Shown piece by piece: positions 27,388 to 35,897 of a stretch of 64,000 nucleotides of DNA. Source of the DNA: a virus. Its lineage: Duplodnaviria; Caudoviricetes. Both the position numbers and the translations under genes were made by a program. The stretch is taken from IMG/VR virus record IMGVR_UViG_2645728093_000001, positions 1 to 64,000 of that record; one strand, 5' to 3'. The notes under the pieces are model-generated. The model did not search any database. It had not been told where the DNA came from and saw nothing but the letters and a program-made list of their open reading frames with translations. Position 1 is the first letter of the stretch. Each line of letters begins with the position of its first letter.

Positions 27388-28167
27388 ATGAAGAAGCCGA
27401 AGCCATTCGCCACAGAAGCTGACCTTTGCAAGCGGTTCATCGCTGCGCTGCCGGAGGGATGGACGCCTTATGCCGAGCACGCGGGGTGGGACATTTTACT
27501 TGTGCGCAATGCAGACGGCTTCCAGATCGGTATTGAGGCCAAGCTGCGGTTGAACAGCCACGTCATTACCCAGTCGCTCGAGGACTACGGCATCTGGTGT
27601 GCTGATCGAGCGGGCCCGGATTGCCGCGCTGTCCTGGTACCTTGGGGCGAGTTCGGCTTCGAGACGATCTGCAAGTATATCGGCATCACAATCATCCATG
27701 TGAAGCCTGCGTCCGACGACCGGCCGCGTTGGGCGCCGGCCTTCGATCCGTACTTGCCAGGCGAGAACCACGGCCGTGCCGAAGATTGGCCAGAGTGGGC
27801 ACCGGCGCAACGCCATGTTCTCCCGGACTACGTGCCGGATGTAGTTGCGGGTTCTCCTTCACCGGTCCAATTGACGGAATGGAAGATTGCCGCGATCAAG
27901 ATCGCTGTCATTTTGGAGAAGCGAGGCTTCCTAATTCGCGCCGACTTTAAACACGTCGGCATCGACCACCGCCGCTGGCTGCCGTCCGCCACTGGATGGT
28001 TGTCGTTGGACGCCGGACGCTACATTCAAGGGCCGCACTTTCCCCGATTCAAAAAGCAGCACCCTCGTGTCTATGACGAGATCGCCGCCGATTACGAGAG
28101 TTGGAAGCCAATCGACCCGATCGGTCCGTTACCTCTACCTGAGCCGAAACAGGAGTCCCTCCTGTGA
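27388..28167 (+). CDS. Putative PD-(D/E)XK nuclease-like phage protein
   Basis: E..GWDILLV....QIGIEAKL motif. Confidence 0.55.
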   Translation: MKKPKPFATEADLCKRFIAALPEGWTPYAEHAGWDILLVRNADGFQIGIEAKLRLNSHVITQSLEDYGIWCADRAGPDCRAVLVPWGEFGFETICKYIGITIIHVKPASDDRPRWAPAFDPYLPGENHGRAEDWPEWAPAQRHVLPDYVPDVVAGSPSPVQLTEWKIAAIKIAVILEKRGFLIRADFKHVGIDHRRWLPSATGWLSLDAGRYIQGPHFPRFKKQHPRVYDEIAADYESWKPIDPIGPLPLPEPKQESLL

Positions 28168-28463
28168 TGGAAACAACGAAATGCTGCGTGCCGTACTGCG
28201 GGCGTTCGACCAAGGAACGGTACAGCGAATGGATCTGCTCGGTGCATTGGCCGATGATCCCGAAGAGGACCCGTCAGCGGCGGTCGCAGGCCAAGAGGCT
28301 CTTGAAGCGCGCGCGGCAGCGGCTTGAGCGGCAGTACCAGCGACAGGGCTGTCAATTCACGTCGGCGCAGTGGGGGCGTGTCGAGGCGGCGCAGCGCCTC
28401 GTGGTCGCGTTGTGGGAGCGTTGCAAGCGCGAAGCGATTGAAGCCGCGGGAGGTCTGCGGTGA
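28167..28463 (+). CDS. Hypothetical Zn-binding protein
   Basis: CCVPYC...WICSVHW. Confidence 0.6.
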   Translation: METTKCCVPYCGRSTKERYSEWICSVHWPMIPKRTRQRRSQAKRLLKRARQRLERQYQRQGCQFTSAQWGRVEAAQRLVVALWERCKREAIEAAGGLR

Positions 28464-29554
28464 TCCGTGACGACGCCGACGAGATCAAGGCAAGGCTGAA
28501 CGAGCGGCTCGAGCAGGTGCTCGACAAGTTTTGGTCGGGTTGGAAGAAGCGCGGCAAGATTGCGTATTGCGCACCGGTCAACAACTCGGACCTCGGCTCG
28601 TTTCAGGTGTACCTCGGCAGGGTCAATGCCAAATATGATCGCGGCGTCTGGGTGCGCAGTTCCGCTAGCATCGGCGGGGACGAGCTCAACTTGTATGCCT
28701 ACGGCTTCACCGGGAGCCATCGGGCAACAGCGGAGGTCTTTCGCTCCGCGCGCGAGTTTGTCGGGCTCGACAACTCCCGGCCGGAAACTCCGGAAGAGGC
28801 GCGCCGCCGCGAGGATCTGGCGGCTGACCGGGCGGCAAAGCGCGAGGCGGACGAGCGCCGGGCGATCGAGCACGAGGCCGAGCGTCAGCGGAATGCCGTG
28901 GTGCTTTGGGGGGAGGTCACGCCGATCGCCGGCACGCATGCCGAAGCATACCTGCTCGATCGCGGAATCCCGGTCCCGCCTGGCGGCTGGGACGTCTGCC
29001 TCGGCTTCCATCCGCGGGTGATCTACGACCTCGACGAGAGATTGTCGTTCCCGACGCTGGTCTGCCGCGTCGATGATCAGTTCGGCGACATTACCGCGGT
29101 CTGGAAGATCCACCTCGACCCCAATAAGGCCAGCAAGGCTCCGGTGGAGAAAGCGAAGATCGGCGCCGGCGTCGCGGCCGGTGCGGCCGTCCAAATCGGC
29201 GGTATTGCTGCGCACATCGGTCTGGCCGAAGGGCTGGAGACCAGCCTCGCAGCCCGCGCGCTGATCAAATACCGCTATCCGGTCTGGGCCGCGCTCAGCA
29301 CCAGCGGCGTGAGCGGCTTCGAGCCGCCGCTCGGGGTCGAGCACATCACCAGCTTCCCCGACGGGGACCGGCCCTGGCGCAAGCACGAGGGCGACCTGGT
29401 GCTCGCCGAGCCGCCGGGGCGTGCCGCGGTGCGCAAGCTGCATGAACGCATGGCGGCGATCGGCATCGGCCACGACAGCCAGCCGGAGCCGGCAATCCGC
29501 AGGGACTATCTCGATATCTGGAATGCGCGGAAGCGCTTGGAGGAGCGCGCTTGA
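28460..29554 (+). CDS. Toprim-domain primase
   Basis: AEAYL..RGI, L.FHP, AEGLET.L, VWAALS, FPDGD. Confidence 0.85.
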   Translation: MIRDDADEIKARLNERLEQVLDKFWSGWKKRGKIAYCAPVNNSDLGSFQVYLGRVNAKYDRGVWVRSSASIGGDELNLYAYGFTGSHRATAEVFRSAREFVGLDNSRPETPEEARRREDLAADRAAKREADERRAIEHEAERQRNAVVLWGEVTPIAGTHAEAYLLDRGIPVPPGGWDVCLGFHPRVIYDLDERLSFPTLVCRVDDQFGDITAVWKIHLDPNKASKAPVEKAKIGAGVAAGAAVQIGGIAAHIGLAEGLETSLAARALIKYRYPVWAALSTSGVSGFEPPLGVEHITSFPDGDRPWRKHEGDLVLAEPPGRAAVRKLHERMAAIGIGHDSQPEPAIRRDYLDIWNARKRLEERA

Positions 29555-30975
29555 CGACGCAGGAGACCACACCGCGCGCGCTGCGCAACATCCGCGCCGA
29601 AGAGGCCATTATCGGCAAGATCATTGGGTCGGCCGATGCCTATTGGCAGGTGTCGGACTATCTGTCCGCCGAGCACTTCGTGGTGCCGCACCATCGCGCC
29701 ATCTTCGCCGCGGTCGCGGAATGCTGCGAGACCGCCGGCGGCCCGGCGCTCAGTCTGCTGGAGTCGAAGCTGCCTCAGGAATTCGAGGGCGTCGGCTCGG
29801 TCGAGGCGGTGCTCCAGATCCTGATCGAGAAGGCCACGGACGTCAGCAGCGCGCTGGACTTCGTCGACGACGTGGTCCTGGCATGGCGTGAGCGGGCAGG
29901 CGTCGAGCTCGGCCGTCGAGCCTCGGAGCAGGGGAAGGGCTATGAGGAGCGCCGCGCCGCCGTCGAGGATCTCTTCCGCCGCGTCGACGACCAGGACCGT
30001 GCCAAGCATCCCGTGAAGGTGGGCGAGGCCGCCAAGGCCGCGATGCATCGCGCCGCCGAAGCCTACGAGCATCAGGGCAAGAAGTCGGTCGGTGTTGTCA
30101 CCAAGATACCCGAGATCGACAAGGTGCTCGGACCGCAAATCGGCGGCACCGCGATCATTCTCGCCGCGCAGTCTGGTCACGGCAAGTCGGCGCTACTGTC
30201 CCAGATCCTGCGGGCCAACGCCGGTCCGTCTCTGGATCCGTCGAGCATATACCCCTCACTGCTGATCAGCCTGGAAATGTCCAAGGAACAGATCGGCCTC
30301 CGGGACATCGCCGCGATGACCGGCATCTCAGTCCGGAAGCAGATCACCGGCGATCTGAGCCAAAAGGAATTCCTCGAGATCCGACGCGCGCAGGCCACCC
30401 TCGAGGCGATGCCGATTTTCATCCAGGACCGATCGCCCATGACGACCACGCAGATCGTGAGAGAGGTGCGCATCGCCGTGCGGAGGTATGGCGTCAAGCA
30501 GATTGGCATTGACCACACGAAACTCGTCGAGCCGGAGAAGGAGCATTGGAACGAGATCCGGACTATCGGATACTTCACGTCCGCGATGAAGGCGCTGGCC
30601 AAAACAGAGGATATCGTGGTTTGGCAACTTGCCCAGCTGACGCGCGATGGCCAGAAGACTGGAAACTGGCGTTTCAAGAAAGGCGATATCTACGGCGGAG
30701 GTCTCATCGTCGAGAATGCCGACGTGGTGCTCGGTCTGGCTATCCCACGGGTTCATCTCAGCGAAAACAAGCCGGAACCGCCGTCCGACGATAAGCCGCA
30801 GAACCGCCCGATCTGGGACGGTTGGCTTAGGAGCATGGAAATTTGGAAGGGCAAGGCGGAGTTCGCCGCGCTGAAGGTGCGCAGCGGCGTCGGTGAGACC
30901 TGGAAGGAGATCGGCTTCGACGGGCCAAGCATGACGTTCGGCGACGCTGCTGAGCGCGACGAGATTCCGTTCTAA
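29551..30975 (+). CDS. dnaB: DnaB-like replicative helicase
   Basis: AEEAIIG, LAAQSGHGKSAL, SLEMS, IDH, LAQLTR, ADVVL. Confidence 0.85.
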   Translation: MTTQETTPRALRNIRAEEAIIGKIIGSADAYWQVSDYLSAEHFVVPHHRAIFAAVAECCETAGGPALSLLESKLPQEFEGVGSVEAVLQILIEKATDVSSALDFVDDVVLAWRERAGVELGRRASEQGKGYEERRAAVEDLFRRVDDQDRAKHPVKVGEAAKAAMHRAAEAYEHQGKKSVGVVTKIPEIDKVLGPQIGGTAIILAAQSGHGKSALLSQILRANAGPSLDPSSIYPSLLISLEMSKEQIGLRDIAAMTGISVRKQITGDLSQKEFLEIRRAQATLEAMPIFIQDRSPMTTTQIVREVRIAVRRYGVKQIGIDHTKLVEPEKEHWNEIRTIGYFTSAMKALAKTEDIVVWQLAQLTRDGQKTGNWRFKKGDIYGGGLIVENADVVLGLAIPRVHLSENKPEPPSDDKPQNRPIWDGWLRSMEIWKGKAEFAALKVRSGVGETWKEIGFDGPSMTFGDAAERDEIPF

Positions 30976-30976
30976 G

Positions 30977-31204
30977 GTGAAGGAAAAGGCGATGCTAAAG
31001 GAAGCCCATCTGGCCTTCGTTCTCACCGTATCGGGGCAACCCGGCGATGTCATCGCCTGCAAGCTGGTTGATGACGGCAAAACGGTTTCGATCGTCACGG
31101 CGATACTTGCGCCCGGAGTCACCGAGCAAACGCTTTATTTGTCGCCGCCACCAGGGCGAGATCCGTGGCGGATGGAGCTTTCGTGCGAGACGACCCGGGC
31201 TTGA
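30977..31204 (+). CDS. Hypothetical protein
   Basis: Short ORF after the helicase. Confidence 0.45.
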   Translation: MKEKAMLKEAHLAFVLTVSGQPGDVIACKLVDDGKTVSIVTAILAPGVTEQTLYLSPPPGRDPWRMELSCETTRA

Positions 31205-31325
31205 GCCGCAGTTTTGAAGCCCAATTAGCCGGTGACGACCGAACGATTTTGCTCTTGCAATCGTAGGCAAATCACCTCCTGAAGTCATAAGCGTGATTCG
31301 TCCTTTCCTGCTTCCCGAGGGGTGC

Positions 31326-32216
31326 ATGTTGGCTCGAGTCACGGACGTCGCACCGGTTTACGTCGACAAGGAGCGCGATCGCCGCGCGCGCGGCTTTGCC
31401 CGTGAGCTCCGCCGGGCGAGGGTGAAGGACGAGTACAGAGGCCGCTCGGTGGCGTCGCAACTCGCCTATGAAGCCGAGCGCGAGCACAAGCGCCAGATCC
31501 AGGAATGCATCGTCGACTGGATGATGGACTACAAGACCCCTCGCGCCGAGCGCGTTGCGGAGTGGTTGAAGCGTGAAAAGCTCTACCTCCAGGGGTTCCA
31601 GAAAGCTACGGCAAAGGCCGGCGACCCGCTCAATCTCCTCGGCAAGCCACTGACGAAGAAGCAACTGAAGGAGATCGCGGAGGAGGAGAGGCTCGCCAGC
31701 GGGAAGCGCAAGCACGTCATCCCGGATCCCGACCACCCGATGCAGAACGTCCTGGTCGACACAGCGGCGAGCGCTCACATCAACCTTGTCGACCGGAAGA
31801 AGCTGAACGATCCAGAGGAGAAGATGCGACGTTCCGCGGCGGATCGCTTCAGGCGGGATTTTGACCTTTGCAGCTTCCATGGCTCGAAGGGCTTCGCGCT
31901 TGGCGACAAAGTCGATGGCGGCGGTGGCGGCAGCGCCTCGCATACGATCGCGCTCGAGGCTCAGTCCAGGCTGAACGAGATCAAACGCAGGATCGGCGAG
32001 CGCCAGTTCGACATTCTGCGCGCCCGGATCGGTTGCGATGCTTCGGCCGAGGACATGCACAAGCATGGCGGCCCCGACCATCGGTCGAGCAACATCGAGC
32101 TCAGGGTCGCGCTGAATGCTTTGGTCCAGGTCTACGACCACGTCACGATCGAGGATCGGACTTGGAATGCGGCGCGGCGGATCTTGGAGGCTGCCGGCAT
32201 GGGGATGAAGCGCTGA
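31326..32216 (+). CDS. Putative late transcription regulator (DUF6456-like C-terminus)
   Basis: AADRFRRDF...VDGG...LRVALNAL; position before the late region. Confidence 0.5.
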   Translation: MLARVTDVAPVYVDKERDRRARGFARELRRARVKDEYRGRSVASQLAYEAEREHKRQIQECIVDWMMDYKTPRAERVAEWLKREKLYLQGFQKATAKAGDPLNLLGKPLTKKQLKEIAEEERLASGKRKHVIPDPDHPMQNVLVDTAASAHINLVDRKKLNDPEEKMRRSAADRFRRDFDLCSFHGSKGFALGDKVDGGGGGSASHTIALEAQSRLNEIKRRIGERQFDILRARIGCDASAEDMHKHGGPDHRSSNIELRVALNALVQVYDHVTIEDRTWNAARRILEAAGMGMKR

Positions 32217-32401
32217 TGTCCCTCGGTCGATTTGCTCCCAATACTCGAGAGACCGCACCCGAGACGAAGGCCCGTGTCTGGCGCGAATACGGCTTGCTCG
32301 TTGTCGACGTCGACAAGGACCAACTGTCCTGGGATCAGCGAGAGATGCTGCGAGTCATCGGTCGGAAGATGTTCGGGCCGCGTAGAGAGGAAAAGCGATG
32401 A
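32216..32401 (+). CDS. Hypothetical protein
   Basis: Coupled ORF starting MSLGRFAP. Confidence 0.5.
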   Translation: MSLGRFAPNTRETAPETKARVWREYGLLVVDVDKDQLSWDQREMLRVIGRKMFGPRREEKR

Positions 32402-32967
32402 GCAGCAATCTGGTCTGTTCGTCGTGTCGCGGCCCAAATGACAGATCAAGTCACCGGTATTGTCATGGATGCGCGGCGGCCTACATGCGCCGGCGTAGGC
32501 GCGGTGAATTGCCCGTGCGCGCTACGGTGTGCACGGTTGCTGGTTGCGGGGAAAAGCAAAAGGCGCGAGGTTTTTGCAGCAAGCACTATTTGCGTTTTAA
32601 GCGCCGCGGATCGACTGACGAGCGCACTAGGACCATAGCGTCGAAGCGGTATCGGTTGGTGGTTATACGTGGTCATCCGCTAGCACATGCCCGGACCGGC
32701 AGAGTATACGTTCATCGCGCCGCAATGTTCGATCAGATCGGCCTCGGGCCAGTACCCTGCTTCTGGTGCGGAAGACCACTCCGATGGTCGACAGAGCACC
32801 CGCAGCCCGATGATGCGCTGTTGGTCGATCACTTCGATCATGATCGTCACAACAACGATCCAACTAACCTTCGGCCTTCGTGCAATTCCTGCAACTGCGC
32901 TCGAAGCTATTGGCGCGCCAAGCCGTCTCTCGTTCCGGTGTATCAAGTGGCAGGTGTCGGCACATGA
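32398..32967 (+). CDS. HNH endonuclease (free-standing type)
   Basis: C.V.GC...ARGFC.KHY, YVHR, VDHFDHDRHNN...NL..SC.SCN. Confidence 0.8.
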   Translation: MSSNLVCSSCRGPNDRSSHRYCHGCAAAYMRRRRRGELPVRATVCTVAGCGEKQKARGFCSKHYLRFKRRGSTDERTRTIASKRYRLVVIRGHPLAHARTGRVYVHRAAMFDQIGLGPVPCFWCGRPLRWSTEHPQPDDALLVDHFDHDRHNNDPTNLRPSCNSCNCARSYWRAKPSLVPVYQVAGVGT

Positions 32968-33242
32968 CAACCTCTCAATCGCCGCTCCGCGTCCTCAAGG
33001 CCCAGGCCAACAACATGGCCAGGATAATGAAGGCCATCGAGCGCGGCGAGAAGGTGACCGAAGATGTCGGCGGCAAGCTTGCGGCGTCGCTGGCCGTCGG
33101 CGTCGCCAAAGTGGCGATCGCGATGGACGACAAGGTGATCATCCTCGACATCGCATGGTCAACGGTAAAGACCTCAAGCGAGGTCGCGCTCGCCGAGTAT
33201 GTCCTCGGACTCATGCGCGGCTCGCGCGAGACGAAGCACTAA
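32964..33242 (+). CDS. Hypothetical protein
   Basis: Coupled ORF starting MTTSQSPL. Confidence 0.55.
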   Translation: MTTSQSPLRVLKAQANNMARIMKAIERGEKVTEDVGGKLAASLAVGVAKVAIAMDDKVIILDIAWSTVKTSSEVALAEYVLGLMRGSRETKH

Positions 33243-33244
33243 CG

Positions 33245-33589
33245 ATGGCTCGAAATCGCATCCCGACACTGGGCTCCCGTATCGCGACGCTGGATACCCG
33301 CAAGGCCAAGCCGCTGCCGAAGAAGGCCGACCCGCACTATCAGACCGCCGAGCACGAGGAGTGGGCAGAGTTTGTTAAGCGGCGCGCCGGCTATCGCTGC
33401 GAGCACGTCGACGACGGCAAGCGGTGCTGGCGCAGTGCCGAAAAGGGGTACCGGATGTACGCCGACCACATCAAGGACATCAAAGACCGGCCAGATCTCG
33501 CGCTCGATCGCGACAATGGCCGCTGCGCCTGCAGCTCGCACAACGTCCGTGCAGGCATCCAGGCGCGAGCAAACCGCATGAAATCGTAG
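33245..33589 (+). CDS. Packaging-associated HNH nuclease (HK97 gp74-like)
   Basis: HY...EH..W...V..RAGYRC, ADHI..IKDRPDLALD..NG...C.SH. Confidence 0.8.
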   Translation: MARNRIPTLGSRIATLDTRKAKPLPKKADPHYQTAEHEEWAEFVKRRAGYRCEHVDDGKRCWRSAEKGYRMYADHIKDIKDRPDLALDRDNGRCACSSHNVRAGIQARANRMKS

Positions 33590-33595
33590 GGGAGG

Positions 33596-33838
33596 GTGAG
33601 CATGAAGCTGAACGCGCGCGAACTCGAGCTTCAGGCGCTAAGAGTGCGCAGGTACGAGGCGGCGCAGGCCCTCAAGCGCGAGCTCGACGCCAAGGATGCC
33701 GCGGCGGTCGCGCAGGACGCGGCAGCCAAGCCCCCGGCGTCGGCGGCGAAGCCGGCCAAAAAGGCGGCTGCGAAAAGTAGGCGCAGCCGGGCCTCGAGCA
33801 AAATCGGCCGTAGCCGGGGATCTCGCAAGAAGTCGTAG
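33596..33838 (+). CDS. Small basic hypothetical protein
   Basis: GGAGG ribosome site; 3' end runs into the first island repeats. Confidence 0.45.
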   Translation: MSMKLNARELELQALRVRRYEAAQALKRELDAKDAAAVAQDAAAKPPASAAKPAKKAAAKSRRSRASSKIGRSRGSRKKS

Positions 33839-33846
33839 CCGGGGGA

Positions 33847-34056
33847 CTAACGGAGTCGCAGTTCGCGCTCGATCGCCGGTTGACGGTTCATGAGTTCCTG
33901 GACGCAGGGAGGGACGGGATCCTTCCGGCCCAGCGCGGCGCCGGTCGCCACCGCATCTGAGGCGCGGCGCGCAAGCTGCAGCCAACCGAATAGTGCAGCG
34001 GTCGGCATTGCCCGGATTTGGTCGAGATTAGGTGGCGTTGTCGTTGCAGTGAGCAT
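33847..34056 (-). CDS. Hypothetical protein, last gene of the island
   Basis: Stop codon abuts repeat B. Confidence 0.5.
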   Translation of the reverse strand: MLTATTTPPNLDQIRAMPTAALFGWLQLARRASDAVATGAALGRKDPVPPCVQELMNRQPAIERELRLR

Positions 34057-34104
34057 GCGCCGCTGGTGGCAGCAGGACTAGTCCGACAATCAGAGCCAGG
34101 CGCC

Positions 34105-34446
34105 TCATGCCTCTTCCTCGTCGATGTCGGCCGGCATCTGCCGAAGCTTCTGATATGGGAAGGCTCCGAGCTCGGGATGTAGCCGGTCCTCCTCGATCAT
34201 CGCCGCGGCAGCCATTCGCGCCGTTCCCTTCGCCTCCGGGAGCGTCATCAACGTCAGCGCGATCGGCACCCAGGTCGGAATGTCCTGAAGCTTCCCGTCC
34301 GCTCCGCTCCGGCCCCATCGGTTCACGGTGACAAGATTCTGGCACCATATCCTGGCGAAGGCTTTCCGTGTCAGGCCCTGCCGCTCAAGCTCGCGATCGA
34401 AATCCTCGCAGGCGATCTTCTTGTGTCTGAAGCGTGGCGGGGCCAT
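34105..34446 (-). CDS. HTH protein (Aca-like small regulator)
   Basis: EDFDRELERQGLTRKAFARIWCQNLVTVNRWG...IPTWV..AL; strong ribosome site preceded by hairpin A. Confidence 0.7.
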   Translation of the reverse strand: MAPPRFRHKKIACEDFDRELERQGLTRKAFARIWCQNLVTVNRWGRSGADGKLQDIPTWVPIALTLMTLPEAKGTARMAAAAMIEEDRLHPELGAFPYQKLRQMPADIDEEEA

Positions 34447-34568
34447 CACGGTCCTCCTTTTCGGTTGGGCACAGTCGCCCGAAATCGGCCGTAGCCGAGG
34501 GTATGGCGGATAGGTGGAGCGGAGTCGAGTCCGCGCCGGGCCGGCAAAATCGGCCGTAGCCGAGGGGG

Positions 34569-34934
34569 TCAAAGCCCCTTGAGCGGTGACACGAAGGACT
34601 TACCGTCCATCGCGATGGTCGAGATCTCGCCGGGCCCTTCGATCATGCGCAGCCATTCCCCCTCGGATCCGGTGAAGCCTGGCCCGGCCTCGACGTGGTG
34701 CGCGGCCAGCCACTTCGCGAGATCGCGCGCCGAGGCGCAGGGCGGGGAAAGCGGCGTGCCGGCGGTCGTCGTCTCGTAAAGCTGCCAGTGCGTGCAGGCC
34801 TCCGCCGGCCAGGCGGGCATCCGCTGATCGGTTGCCCGCGCCAGCGCGTCGTCCGCCTTGCGCAAGGGGATGTAACGCCGGCCGTTCTTGGGGTGCTGCC
34901 AGTCTGCCGGCACTCGCCTAACCTGCCTGCCCAT
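34569..34934 (-). CDS. Conserved hypothetical phage protein
   Basis: MGRQVRRVPADWQHP...WQLYETTTAGTPLSP...LAKWL. Confidence 0.7.
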   Translation of the reverse strand: MGRQVRRVPADWQHPKNGRRYIPLRKADDALARATDQRMPAWPAEACTHWQLYETTTAGTPLSPPCASARDLAKWLAAHHVEAGPGFTGSEGEWLRMIEGPGEISTIAMDGKSFVSPLKGL

Positions 34935-35212
34935 CAGAATAACGCCCCCTGGGCGGGTGGCGGCTCTGCAGCGGCAGCCAGGCGGCCGAGATGCTCGACC
35001 GTCTCGGCGATGATCCGCTCGCGGTCGTCGTCGACCAGCAGCCAACCATCATCACTGCCGGCGGGATCGTAAACCACGAAGTTGCCGCCCCATTTCGCAT
35101 GCACGCCTTCGGCAACCCGGCGGACGAATGGCGGGACGTCTGTAACCGCTTTGAAGTCGGCCCAAGACGCGATTTTGTAGCCGGCCGTGGCGATGATCTC
35201 CTCGGCGGTCAT
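34934..35212 (-). CDS. Hypothetical protein
   Basis: Coupled ORF. Confidence 0.65.
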   Translation of the reverse strand: MTAEEIIATAGYKIASWADFKAVTDVPPFVRRVAEGVHAKWGGNFVVYDPAGSDDGWLLVDDDRERIIAETVEHLGRLAAAAEPPPAQGALF

Positions 35213-35397
35213 GATCCGCCTCCCTCTGCGCGTTCGAGATTGGCCTGAAGGTCCCAGGCCTCATAGATAGCCCGTCGTGCCTCCGTGAGTTTCGCTCGCA
35301 CCTCCGGCAACAGCCGCTTGTCTTCGGCATCGACGACGCGCGCGACGGCGTCCAAAAGTCTATTGTAGACGTCCCAGTGGAATGGATGCTTCCGCAT
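35209..35397 (-). CDS. Hypothetical protein
   Basis: GAGGAG ribosome site; starts MRKHPFHW. Confidence 0.6.
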   Translation of the reverse strand: MRKHPFHWDVYNRLLDAVARVVDAEDKRLLPEVRAKLTEARRAIYEAWDLQANLERAEGGGS

Positions 35398-35460
35398 GCG
35401 GGATACTCCTCTCAAAAATCAGTCGTAGGGAAGGGGTGACGAAGTAGGCGCAGCCGGGGC

Positions 35461-35838
35461 TCAAATAAACCTGCCGCAATCGATGCACCGGCCGCGTCCG
35501 TCGTCGCGGTGCCGGCACGGCTTGAACGCTTCCGCCTCTGTGTCCGACCAAGCCCGCTCGGTTTCCGTGGCGATGTCCCAGCGCCCGCAGAACGAGGCGA
35601 GGTAAGCGCGCTGCTCTTCCGTCAGTTTTTCGTCGTGCAAGTGCTCGTCGGCGCTCCCCAGGTTGAGGCCTTGCTCCTGATTCCAGCGTGCATATTCCCG
35701 GATGAGCAGATTAATCGGGCCGTCGTCATTGCCTGGCAATTGCTCCGGTGCCGGCTTGGCATTGGCGCCGCCGAGCGCTTCGATGATGCCGGCGCGCGCG
35801 CCTTCGATTGGTCCGGAAAGCTTCTTGTTGTCGGTCAT
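35461..35838 (-). CDS. Hypothetical protein (C-terminal Cys motif)
   Basis: AAGGAGGA ribosome site; flanked by B repeats. Confidence 0.65.
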   Translation of the reverse strand: MTDNKKLSGPIEGARAGIIEALGGANAKPAPEQLPGNDDGPINLLIREYARWNQEQGLNLGSADEHLHDEKLTEEQRAYLASFCGRWDIATETERAWSDTEAEAFKPCRHRDDGRGRCIDCGRFI

Positions 35839-35897
35839 GGTCGGAATCCTCCTTTTGCAAAATTGGCCGTAGGCGAGGGGAAGGCGCAGCCGGGGGA

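Noticed and set aside
27388-28167. Restriction endonuclease partner of the C5-MTase
   Set aside because: Only a weak nuclease-like motif, with a gene context typical of phage early operons; a complete RM system cannot be supported from sequence alone.
23274-29572. Long minus-strand ORFs (763, 688 and 406 aa) and similar ones at 52533-53954 and 57785-59545
   Set aside because: Antisense shadows of well-supported genes, typical of high-GC codon bias, with no recognisable motifs.
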